Source: a virus (Duplodnaviria > Caudoviricetes). Taken from it: a stretch of 34,712 bases of DNA. Position 1 is the first letter of the stretch; each line of letters starts with the position of its first letter. Made by a program: the position numbers and the translations under genes. Below are positions 9,285 through 18,079 of the stretch, in pieces. The stretch lies in the IMG/VR virus record IMGVR_UViG_3300006641_000089, positions 1 to 34,712 of that record. One strand, given 5' to 3'. The notes under the pieces were generated by a model that saw only the letters and a list, made by a program, of their open reading frames with translations, did not search any database and was not told the DNA's origin.

Positions 9285-11294
9285 TCATAATCCAAATCTA
9301 TCTTTTGTGGCATTGTAATTTTGTAGGACTTGCGCTGCTGTTAATACTCTATTATAAAGTTGAACGCCACCTATTCTTGCGCTAATTGTATAATTATTAT
9401 CACCATGAAATCTTCCTATCCAAAAATTATTAGATCCAGATGATAAAGTCGATCTATAAGTTGCTGTTCCAATTAAAACGCCATCAATATATAATTTTGC
9501 ATTAGATGAAGAATCATTTGTTACAACTATATAATGCCAATTACTATCTGGATATGAGCTATTTGAAAATGGATTACTAGCGCTATCTCCAATATTCCAC
9601 ATAATAGCATTACTAATAAAATATAAATTTGGTCCAGATCCATAATTTGTACCATCTATAGAAATTGGAATTTTATTATTATATGAAGAGGATTTTATCC
9701 ATAATCCAACTGTACTAGAATCTGTAATTGAAGAAACTGAAGAAACGCTATAATCATCTACTCCATCAAATGATATGACGCCACCATTATCAGAGCTATA
9801 AGTTGGTCCACCTGTTAATGTCCCATTGTAACTATTTCCACTAACATCATACCAAGTTGTTCCTGCGCCAGCATAACTATATGCATTACCAGCGTCAAGA
9901 TTCAACACTAATCCCTGTTGGACTATTGTATTTGTAAATTTTAATTTCAAAGCTTCGTAATTCTGAGATATTTCTGTTGCTGTCAAAGCTCTATTATAAA
10001 TATGAATATTATAAATACTACCAGTTAAATATCTAGTTGATGTAAATCCTTGAATTTGGCCTAATAAAAATCCATCTGTTAAACCCGAATAAGATATATT
10101 TCCACTTACTGTGGTCGCTGACGCTTGCAAAGATCCATTAATATAAACTTTTTGATTAGTGCCGTCATAAGTTCCTATCACATAATAAATTTGATCATTA
10201 TTTGGGGTAACCGTTGAATTTAATTGACGATAATTTCCAGATCCTCCTCCTATTGAAAATAGAATTGGGCCTCCGCTCATTCCTAACCAATATCCAGCAA
10301 TTCCAGTATCTCCATAGCCAGTTATAAATTGAGTAGACTGACTATTATTTATTGTTTTAAAAAACGCGCCAATAGTAACATTATTTACTTGCAATGATGT
10401 ATTAGTTCCAACTTTAATATAATCATTCGTACCGTCAAATTTGAAACCTCCTTTATTATAATAATCAAAAGCTGGCATATTCGTGGTTGTTCCATCACCC
10501 AATAAACCATTATCATCGTTTCCAGCTAAATCAATAATACTTCTATCGCTATTAAGTATACCCCATTTTTGCCCAAGATATGAATGAACTTGTTTTCTTT
10601 CCGTCGTTGTTAATTGTTTATTAAAAATAATAATCTCCGCGATTTCTCCATTCCAATATTCTCCTGCTGATGAGTTTGATCCTATTTTATATCCTTTTGT
10701 ATTTGTAACTGTTCTTGAACTTGAAGTTTGTGAAGATCCATTTAAATACAAAGTTTCTGAACCAGCAGAAGAAACTGTTGTTGATAATGAATACCAAGTA
10801 TTTAAAGATATTGCATTGGAAGTAAATACAGTAGGCCAATTTCCAAATTTTCCAGATGAACCTTGTTGATATAAATAAATATCAGTACTTCCTGCAAAAG
10901 GAGTAGATGTAATAATATCTCTTTCACCAGTAGCTGATGATTTAATTATAGTAAATAAAGTATAACCATTTGCAAGAGTTAAAATATTTGTTCCATCTAA
11001 ATAATCATTTGTGCCATCAAAAGATACTGTTTTTCTAGAATTCGTATTAGAATTTCTGCTTGATTGATTAGCCGCAGTAGATTGATTTGCGTGATTATTC
11101 AATCCACTTTTATCACGCCATTGACTCACTAAAGTTCCTGAGCTGTAACTAAAAGTTGTATCATCAGAAGCATCTAACCATAAAATTAATCCATCTTTTA
11201 CTGGCAAATCTGTAGTTGGGTACGATTTGTTTTGTGACGCATCTAAACACATTACTAAACCATCTTGTATTATTTTAGGACTATATTGTAGCAT
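9285..11294 (-). CDS. Virion protein with three LamG/concanavalin A-like domains (669 aa)
   Basis: Three GL[VI]xxLDA starts, FDGxxDY motifs, W/Y-x-H/Y strands, [LV]Y[IL][ND]G motifs and YNR[AV]L[ST]xx[EQ] or FNKQLT ends. SD-like AAGGA upstream. Confidence 0.85.
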   Translation of the reverse strand: MLQYSPKIIQDGLVMCLDASQNKSYPTTDLPVKDGLILWLDASDDTTFSYSSGTLVSQWRDKSGLNNHANQSTAANQSSRNSNTNSRKTVSFDGTNDYLDGTNILTLANGYTLFTIIKSSATGERDIITSTPFAGSTDIYLYQQGSSGKFGNWPTVFTSNAISLNTWYSLSTTVSSAGSETLYLNGSSQTSSSRTVTNTKGYKIGSNSSAGEYWNGEIAEIIIFNKQLTTTERKQVHSYLGQKWGILNSDRSIIDLAGNDDNGLLGDGTTTNMPAFDYYNKGGFKFDGTNDYIKVGTNTSLQVNNVTIGAFFKTINNSQSTQFITGYGDTGIAGYWLGMSGGPILFSIGGGSGNYRQLNSTVTPNNDQIYYVIGTYDGTNQKVYINGSLQASATTVSGNISYSGLTDGFLLGQIQGFTSTRYLTGSIYNIHIYNRALTATEISQNYEALKLKFTNTIVQQGLVLNLDAGNAYSYAGAGTTWYDVSGNSYNGTLTGGPTYSSDNGGVISFDGVDDYSVSSVSSITDSSTVGLWIKSSSYNNKIPISIDGTNYGSGPNLYFISNAIMWNIGDSASNPFSNSSYPDSNWHYIVVTNDSSSNAKLYIDGVLIGTATYRSTLSSGSNNFWIGRFHGDNNYTISARIGGVQLYNRVLTAAQVLQNYNATKDRFGL

Positions 11295-11308
11295 TTTATT
11301 CCTTTGTA

Positions 11309-12523
11309 TTAATATCCGAATCTTGATTTCATTGCCTGATAATTTTGACTAACTTCAGTAGGAGATAACGCTCTATTAAAACTTCTAGCTATTGAAATTT
11401 TGCCATTAAAATAAGAACCTGATCTTGAGCCTATAGATCTTGGAGTTGTGCCTGCGCCAAGAACAGTAACATTTTGTCTTCCATTTGAAGCTTGCAGAGT
11501 AGAAGTTGTAGATTGCAAACTTCCATTTAAATAAATTCTTATATTAATTCCATCCCAAGAATAAGTTATGTTATACCAAGTATTTGCAGATATTGTTGAT
11601 GTCGTTCTTGCTCCTGTATTAAATCCACCATTATTATCAAACCATCCGCTTCCATTGTTCAAATCAGAACCAAAAGCAGTTGTTCCTCCATAATTATATA
11701 AGCCGAACCAAACGCAAGTATCTTGTATGTAAATTTGTTGATTTCCTCCAGAACTCGGTAAGCTTGCACAATTAACCCAAAAGTCCCATGTCCCAGAAGT
11801 TAAGCCGCTATTAAAATTACTAGGTAATGTAAAATCTTGATTATTTCCATTCAAAGTAAAAAATGATGGAGTTGTAGAAGAGAAAGGCGGAAAATTATTT
11901 ATATTTGAATGATAGTTATTACTACTTACATCTTTCCAAATTGTGTATCCTAAAAAATAAGGATTAAAATTTGTAGCGCTAGAAGCTCTTTCTACTTGAA
12001 AAGCGTCCCACCAAATAGTTTTCCCAGATCCGCCAGTTGCTGGTCCACCAACTCTGGCTTGAATATAAGCAGTTGAAGCATTTGCAAATGTATTTGAAAA
12101 AGTAAATCTTTGCCAAGATGTTGTAATTGTAAATGATGTAGATGGAGCTTCTATATAACTTCCAGAAGAATTTGCGCCAAAAATATAACAATTACCAGTT
12201 ATATTTTCACTTGCTTTTGCGTAAAAACTAAAAGTCCAAGTTTGTCCATTTGCGGCAGGAGCTAAATTCCAAGGAGATGAACCATATGTCCCAGTATAAG
12301 GATCATTTCCAGTAATAGACATTTTTAGGGGAATAGATCCATATTGTCTCGTAATAGAAGTGTCTCTTGAAAGGGTGCAAGCATTTTGATTTGTGCTTGT
12401 CCAAGCAAAAAGATCGGTTGGATTTGGAATTACATTAGGACTATAACTTCTCATATAAGAAGCATCCAAATCTAAAAGTAAACCAGTTTTAGATAATTGT
12501 GGTCCTAAATTTACTGAACTCAT
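11309..12523 (-). CDS. LamG-domain virion protein with an inserted CBM4/9-like carbohydrate-binding domain (404 aa)
   Basis: The LamG start GLLLDLDAS..SY is followed by NVIPNP..GQTWTFSFYAKA..TTSWQRFTFS..DAFQVERASSAT (CBM-like), then WKDVSSN..TWYNITYSWDG..IYLNG..FNRALSPTEV. Confidence 0.8.
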   Translation of the reverse strand: MSSVNLGPQLSKTGLLLDLDASYMRSYSPNVIPNPTDLFAWTSTNQNACTLSRDTSITRQYGSIPLKMSITGNDPYTGTYGSSPWNLAPAANGQTWTFSFYAKASENITGNCYIFGANSSGSYIEAPSTSFTITTSWQRFTFSNTFANASTAYIQARVGGPATGGSGKTIWWDAFQVERASSATNFNPYFLGYTIWKDVSSNNYHSNINNFPPFSSTTPSFFTLNGNNQDFTLPSNFNSGLTSGTWDFWVNCASLPSSGGNQQIYIQDTCVWFGLYNYGGTTAFGSDLNNGSGWFDNNGGFNTGARTTSTISANTWYNITYSWDGINIRIYLNGSLQSTTSTLQASNGRQNVTVLGAGTTPRSIGSRSGSYFNGKISIARSFNRALSPTEVSQNYQAMKSRFGY

Positions 12524-12526
12524 ACT

Positions 12527-14281
12527 TTATACTCCATAAGTTTTTCTGTTGGCATTAAAATTCTGTAATATTTCTGTTGCACTTAAAGCTCTGTTATAAG
12601 CTTTTGCACTTGAAACAATGATATTACTTGTATAATTAGAAGTAGCGGATCCAAAAATATAAGATGTTGTTGATGTATATTGTTTTAATTGTTTTGTTAA
12701 TGTGTTACTATCAACCAAAACACCATTGATATATAAATATCTCATTGAAGCTTCAACATTAACTACGAAAACTCCATGATACCAAGTATTTAAAGATCCT
12801 GTATAACCTATTGATGTTGATGTATTATCATTATACCAAGTCATACCCCAAATGATGTTTGGAGTGGCTTTTGTATGCACGAAACCTTCATGGTTTCCTA
12901 CGCGACCAAAAAAATATCCATCAGATGATCCCGGTGGTGTTCCTAACAATTTAAACCATACATCATAAGTATGAGTATTATTACTTAAACCATCTAATAT
13001 AGAATTTGCAGATGGAACGATCAATGGTCCTTGAGCATTAGCGTTGAAATAAAATCCGCCACTATCAAAAGCAATTGCAGAACTTGTTAAATCTATATTA
13101 TAATTATTTCCACTTATATCTAAAAGGCCGCCACCATTTGTAGTGGTATTTGCAATACTCGTTCTATTTGAAGTCGTGAAATCCGTAGGATAAGATTTCG
13201 CTTCTAATTGAACATTTGCAATTTCAATCCAAGAGCCATTAGATCCTGCATGAGTTAAATATGGATATTGGGTTCCTCCGGCATGAGTAAAAGTAACTGC
13301 ATATTTATACCATCCATTCGCAGGGTCAACAGTATAACTTTTTAAAGTTCCTAAATTTTGATGCTTTATATCTAATGTAGTTGTATTATTTGATCTTGCC
13401 CAAAAAGAAATTGTATACACAGTTCCATTCGAAAGAGTATTCCAATTAGCGCTAAAGAAATCCATAGAACCAGCCGCCGCTCTTGTTACCCTCAGAGGTA
13501 TTGCGCTGTATGATGTTGACCCAGTGGAGTAAATTGTTGTAGACGCTTGAGTAGCATAAGCATTACCTGTTCCACTCCAAGATCCAAACGTCCATCCGTT
13601 CTGAGTTCCACCAGAGTCTGTTCCAGATATAGCGGAAGCGAAGTTTGCATTGTTTGTTATGTTTGTCGTATTCTCTGGTCTTGCGCTTAATTCATTTGTC
13701 ACTAAAGAAAATGGTTTCGCATAAGAGCCAGAATTAATCATTATATCTCTAATCCAAAATGGTTCACCGGGAAAAATTGCAGAACTGCTACTAGTCACTC
13801 CATTAATTCTTCGCACCAATTGTAATTGAATATAATTATACCCCGTGCAAGTAAAATTTTCTCTTTTTATAGTTTGCCATGTACCTGTTCCAGTAATATC
13901 TACTGGAAATTCTTCTCCATAAGGATAAGCTCTAAATCCGAGAGTAAAAACAGAATCTTTCGGCAATAAAACTTTTGCAGATAAACTATAAGTACCGGGC
14001 GGTTGAAATCCTCCATTGCCAGCAATAATTCCACAAGAATACCAAGTGGCTCCAGATTGATATCCTCCTGACAATGGAACTACTTTAAGAGCTGTATATC
14101 CAGTACTTGTATCTTTAGTTATCGTAGAACTCCAATAAGCTGCAGCAGATTCACAATTAGAAGTAATTGCTCCTGCGTAATTTGTAGCCGCTTCGCCGCG
14201 AAAGCTTTTAATATATTCACGATTATAATATAACTGCAAATCTTTTTTTACAACTCCAAGGTTACCATGTTGAACGCTCAT
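12527..14281 (-). CDS. LamG-domain virion protein with two inserted CBM-like domains (584 aa)
   Basis: Contains the CBM-like motifs GTYSLSAKV..GTGTWQTI and GTVYTISFWARS..GWYKYAVTF..NVQLEAKSYPTDF. The C-terminal LamG reads LNTWYHGV..LYINGVLV..YNRALSATEILQNFNA. ATGA overlap with the upstream gene. Confidence 0.8.
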   Translation of the reverse strand: MSVQHGNLGVVKKDLQLYYNREYIKSFRGEAATNYAGAITSNCESAAAYWSSTITKDTSTGYTALKVVPLSGGYQSGATWYSCGIIAGNGGFQPPGTYSLSAKVLLPKDSVFTLGFRAYPYGEEFPVDITGTGTWQTIKRENFTCTGYNYIQLQLVRRINGVTSSSSAIFPGEPFWIRDIMINSGSYAKPFSLVTNELSARPENTTNITNNANFASAISGTDSGGTQNGWTFGSWSGTGNAYATQASTTIYSTGSTSYSAIPLRVTRAAAGSMDFFSANWNTLSNGTVYTISFWARSNNTTTLDIKHQNLGTLKSYTVDPANGWYKYAVTFTHAGGTQYPYLTHAGSNGSWIEIANVQLEAKSYPTDFTTSNRTSIANTTTNGGGLLDISGNNYNIDLTSSAIAFDSGGFYFNANAQGPLIVPSANSILDGLSNNTHTYDVWFKLLGTPPGSSDGYFFGRVGNHEGFVHTKATPNIIWGMTWYNDNTSTSIGYTGSLNTWYHGVFVVNVEASMRYLYINGVLVDSNTLTKQLKQYTSTTSYIFGSATSNYTSNIIVSSAKAYNRALSATEILQNFNANRKTYGV

Positions 14282-17200
14282 AATTTTTCCTCCACGATTA
14301 ATTTAGAAACGTCTTTTCTTTCCGCAGTGAAGTCCCAGAAGAATTCTATATTCTTATTTTTTTCATACCATTTTTTATCATAAGCAATTGTAAATTTATT
14401 TTCAGAAATTTTAATTTCTTTTACATAAAGAGTTTTACTGCAACCAATTGGAGTTAATTGAATATTAACTGTATTTTCATCTATTAATTTAGAAATATAA
14501 TCTGGCAAAATTACAACGCAATTATCTTTATGAATAAAAGATTTTCCTGTTAAACGTATTCCATGATATGGAGATTCGAGAGATCCATATACTAAGTCGT
14601 GATTAGATTTTGTCGGATGAGGTATACGGAAAGATTTTGTTGTTGCTGAAAAGGCGCCAGTATTTGGATTGTATCTAATTTTTGTACTAGCTTTTAATGC
14701 AGCACTACCTGAAGCCGCAGAACCAAAATATAAATAATAAGATGAGTTTGTTGAGTCATCTGTTGTTATTGTGACATTTGCTGTTAAATTTACGCTTAAA
14801 GTATTTTGATTAGCCCAAGTCGGCGAACCAGATCCGCCAGATAATAAAACTTGTCCAGCACTTCCAGCGGCTGTAAATGAAGTGGTGTTAGCCCCTGATT
14901 GATAGGGAATTACTCCTGCAATTCCGTCTGATAAATTTGAAGCGATAGCAGAACTTTGAACTGGATTTGAATCGATGATTGTGGCAATGTTTGCTCCAGT
15001 TAATTCTTCAATAACTCCCGCGCTAGAAGAAATTCTTCCTAAAACTCTACTTGTTGCTGAAATATTTTGAATTTTAGCATAAGTAACATTTGAATTTTTA
15101 ATTTTTGCTGTTTCAACAGCATCATCCGCTAATTTACCAACAGTTACTCCAAGATTATCTAAAGAGATAACAGGCGTCGAAGTTCCAGTCGCCACGCTAA
15201 TCGGCGCGGTTCCTGTTACACTTGTTACTGTTCCATTTCCTGTTCCAGCGCCAATATCTGCGCGAACTTGGGTAGCAGTTCTTGTTTTAACTTCTCCACT
15301 ATCAGAAACGAAAAATAAAGTGGCGCCCGTACCCAAAGCTGGTGCGCTAGAAATTTTTAAAGTACCTGTATCTGTTAATCCACTTACTGTTAAAGATCCA
15401 AGTGTTCCAACGCTTGTTAAACTAGAATTAACTACTGTAGATCCTAAAGTTGTATCACTTAAAACAGTAGCTGCATTTATTTTATAAACTTTTCCTGAGG
15501 CTAAATCAAAATTTTCAGAGCTTGTCCAAGCCGCTGTAGTTTTTACCCAATTTAAAGTTTTATTTACAGATGATTTTAAAGTTATTCCGCCGCCATTTGC
15601 AGTATCATCAGTTGCTCCACCAACGTTAAAAGTAGCTGTTCCACTTGCTGTATGTACGGGAGTTACTGTAAATTGAGTTTCGCTATTTATTTGAGATATA
15701 ACTGGAGACGTTCCAAAAGATCCCGTGCCACCTGTTTGAGTAATCGTTTGACCAATTATTAATCCAGTTGTACTACTAACATCAACTGTACCAGAATTTG
15801 CAACTAAAGGACTCGTAGTTGATAATCCAGTAATTGCAACTACTGAACCTAATTCAATATTTTTATCATCTACAGATAAAAGATTTGAATTAATCGTTGT
15901 TGTTGTTCCATTAACAATTAAAGATCCTTCAATTGTTACTCCGCCAGTAAAAGTTTTAGTGCCTGCAAAAGATTGAGTTCCAGTTGATACAACTCCCGAA
16001 GCAGAAGTGCTGGCTGCACCAACAGAAATAGTTATAGTTTTATTTGAAGAAGAATTTGCTGTAAAAAAAGGATCAGCGCTTAAAGAGATTGGCGCGGTTC
16101 CAGCAAGAGTTAACGTCGCATCTTTAATGTCCGAAGTCGTAGCAAGAGTTCCTGATGTAGGCAAAGTAACATCTGTCGCTCCAGTCGTCGTTAAAGTAAG
16201 AGAATAATTTCCAGAAGTTATAAAACTATTTGCCAATGAAATAATTTTATCATTTATTAAAACGTTTCCAGTGCCTTTTGATAAAAGCCTTAAATTTATA
16301 TTATTATCTCCACCAGTAGCGGAAATAGATGGAGATGTTGTGGTTGCAGCATTACTAATTGTAATTTCATTAACTGCATTTGCTATTACGCTTGGAAATT
16401 TAATTAATTCATTTCCATTTGAATCAGAAATATCTAAACCGTTATTTGTTAATTTTATACCAGCGCTCCATTTTGGAGCATTAGTTCCATCACCTAATAA
16501 AATTTGCCCAGCTAATCCTTGCGCTGTAAATGAAGTAGTATCAACAGCAGATTGAAAAGGAATTTTCCCCGAATCTCCACCTAATAAATTCGAAGTAAAA
16601 ACAGAGTTTTCTACTGCGTTTGTATCAATAATTGAGACGATATTTGCGCCTGTTAATTCTGCTACATTACCAGCACCACCACTTACTTTTCCTAAAACTG
16701 TTGGCCCAGTTACTTGAGCTAATTTTCCCAAGGTAACATTATTATTTAATATTTTAGCGGTGATTACTGAATCTGATGCTAATTTACCAGCAGTTACTCC
16801 TGAATCATTTAAACTAATATTTAAAGAAGTTCCCGCCCCAGTAAAAGAAATTGGCGCAGTTGCTGTTAATGAATTGTTTTGCCAAAGACCTGTTGAATTA
16901 ACATAAGTTAAAAATTGCGCGTCAGTTGGAGTATCAATTTCTACATCAGATAAATCATCAAGAGAAGAAACATTACCACCACCTCCTCCAGAACCTCCAG
17001 AAGAAACTAAACTTAAACCTCTAGATAAGCCTGATTGTAAAAATTTAGCACTACCAGTATCATTTAAAGCTGTAGCTCCTTGTTTAACAATTAAATAACC
17101 AAGAAAAACAGCATCTCTTGCTGAAAACGGAGATTCTATAAAAGCTTCTGTTGGAATTGCGTTTATTGCGTCATTTAAAGAAGCGTATTGAGCAACACCA

Positions 17201-18063
17201 TAATAAACTAAAACTCTATCAGTTTGACTTGGAAAAAGATATAATCTTTGAACTGTCCAATATGCCGAAGTTACTGAAGCTAAAGTTCCATCTCCATCGT
17301 CATAATTATTTGGATCAATAACTGTATAAAGAGATCCTGAGTTATTATCAAAAGTAAAACCACCACTTCCATTTTGACGAATTCTTGCGAATTTAACATC
17401 TGAATAAGCGGAAATAGTTTTTGTATCAGGCTCAAATTGATCTGAAGTATAATTACAACCAATTAATAATGCAGATCCAGACGCTCTATTTATTTTTAAA
17501 TTTGCACCATTCGCAGAAATTTCTAAACCACTTCTTTTAATAGGTCCAAAAGTACTAAATAATTCATATAATCTATGAGAATCTCCATAACCTGCATTTT
17601 GCGCATTTATAATTGTATCAATCGTAGAATTATTTAGATGAACGACTATACCAATTACAATATTGTTTTTAAATGCACTATCTGTAAAAGTTGTACTTGA
17701 TTGTTGTACACTTCCATTTTTATCAATATAAATATAGCTATAAGGACTTGTCGCTAAATGAGTTAATGATAAATCTGAAAATGCGGACCAAGAAACATTT
17801 GTTAAAGTTGTAACTACTTCTCCACTAACAAGTGCGCGTTCATAAACTTGACCATAACCAGCGGAAATATTTATTTTATTATTTCCTGTTCCAGCGCTAA
17901 GAACGCCGCCAGCCATAATACCACTGGCATCGTTCTGATCGGCTTGCCAAGCAGTTCCATCTCCCGTGGAAAATAGAGAGTATCCTTTAGCGCCAAGAGA
18001 ATTATTCTTGTCGTATAGATTCCCTAATAACCTTAAATTTTGAGTCCTAAATGCCTGTGCCAT
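14278..18063 (-). CDS. Mosaic fibre protein (1261 aa) with an internal duplication and a C-terminal KSFxIPHP-type chaperone-like domain
   Basis: Contains SLDDLSDV, VTxxK[LI] repeats, GQ[IV]LL fibre repeats and VDDKNIELG..ANGGGITLK. The C-terminus KSFRIPHP..LESP..LPDY..VNIQLTPIG..AERKDV is a pattern I recognise from phage fibre ends. Confidence 0.8.
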   Translation of the reverse strand: MAQAFRTQNLRLLGNLYDKNNSLGAKGYSLFSTGDGTAWQADQNDASGIMAGGVLSAGTGNNKINISAGYGQVYERALVSGEVVTTLTNVSWSAFSDLSLTHLATSPYSYIYIDKNGSVQQSSTTFTDSAFKNNIVIGIVVHLNNSTIDTIINAQNAGYGDSHRLYELFSTFGPIKRSGLEISANGANLKINRASGSALLIGCNYTSDQFEPDTKTISAYSDVKFARIRQNGSGGFTFDNNSGSLYTVIDPNNYDDGDGTLASVTSAYWTVQRLYLFPSQTDRVLVYYGVAQYASLNDAINAIPTEAFIESPFSARDAVFLGYLIVKQGATALNDTGSAKFLQSGLSRGLSLVSSGGSGGGGGNVSSLDDLSDVEIDTPTDAQFLTYVNSTGLWQNNSLTATAPISFTGAGTSLNISLNDSGVTAGKLASDSVITAKILNNNVTLGKLAQVTGPTVLGKVSGGAGNVAELTGANIVSIIDTNAVENSVFTSNLLGGDSGKIPFQSAVDTTSFTAQGLAGQILLGDGTNAPKWSAGIKLTNNGLDISDSNGNELIKFPSVIANAVNEITISNAATTTSPSISATGGDNNINLRLLSKGTGNVLINDKIISLANSFITSGNYSLTLTTTGATDVTLPTSGTLATTSDIKDATLTLAGTAPISLSADPFFTANSSSNKTITISVGAASTSASGVVSTGTQSFAGTKTFTGGVTIEGSLIVNGTTTTINSNLLSVDDKNIELGSVVAITGLSTTSPLVANSGTVDVSSTTGLIIGQTITQTGGTGSFGTSPVISQINSETQFTVTPVHTASGTATFNVGGATDDTANGGGITLKSSVNKTLNWVKTTAAWTSSENFDLASGKVYKINAATVLSDTTLGSTVVNSSLTSVGTLGSLTVSGLTDTGTLKISSAPALGTGATLFFVSDSGEVKTRTATQVRADIGAGTGNGTVTSVTGTAPISVATGTSTPVISLDNLGVTVGKLADDAVETAKIKNSNVTYAKIQNISATSRVLGRISSSAGVIEELTGANIATIIDSNPVQSSAIASNLSDGIAGVIPYQSGANTTSFTAAGSAGQVLLSGGSGSPTWANQNTLSVNLTANVTITTDDSTNSSYYLYFGSAASGSAALKASTKIRYNPNTGAFSATTKSFRIPHPTKSNHDLVYGSLESPYHGIRLTGKSFIHKDNCVVILPDYISKLIDENTVNIQLTPIGCSKTLYVKEIKISENKFTIAYDKKWYEKNKNIEFFWDFTAERKDVSKLIVEEKL

Positions 18064-18072
18064 TTTATTATA

Positions 18073-18078
18073 TTACAC
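18073..18078 (-). promoter_or_regulatory. GTGTAA putative phage late-promoter motif
   Basis: Minus strand reads GTGTAA-TATAATAAA-ATG (start 18063), filling a 16-bp intergenic gap. Confidence 0.65.
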
Positions 18079-18079
18079 G

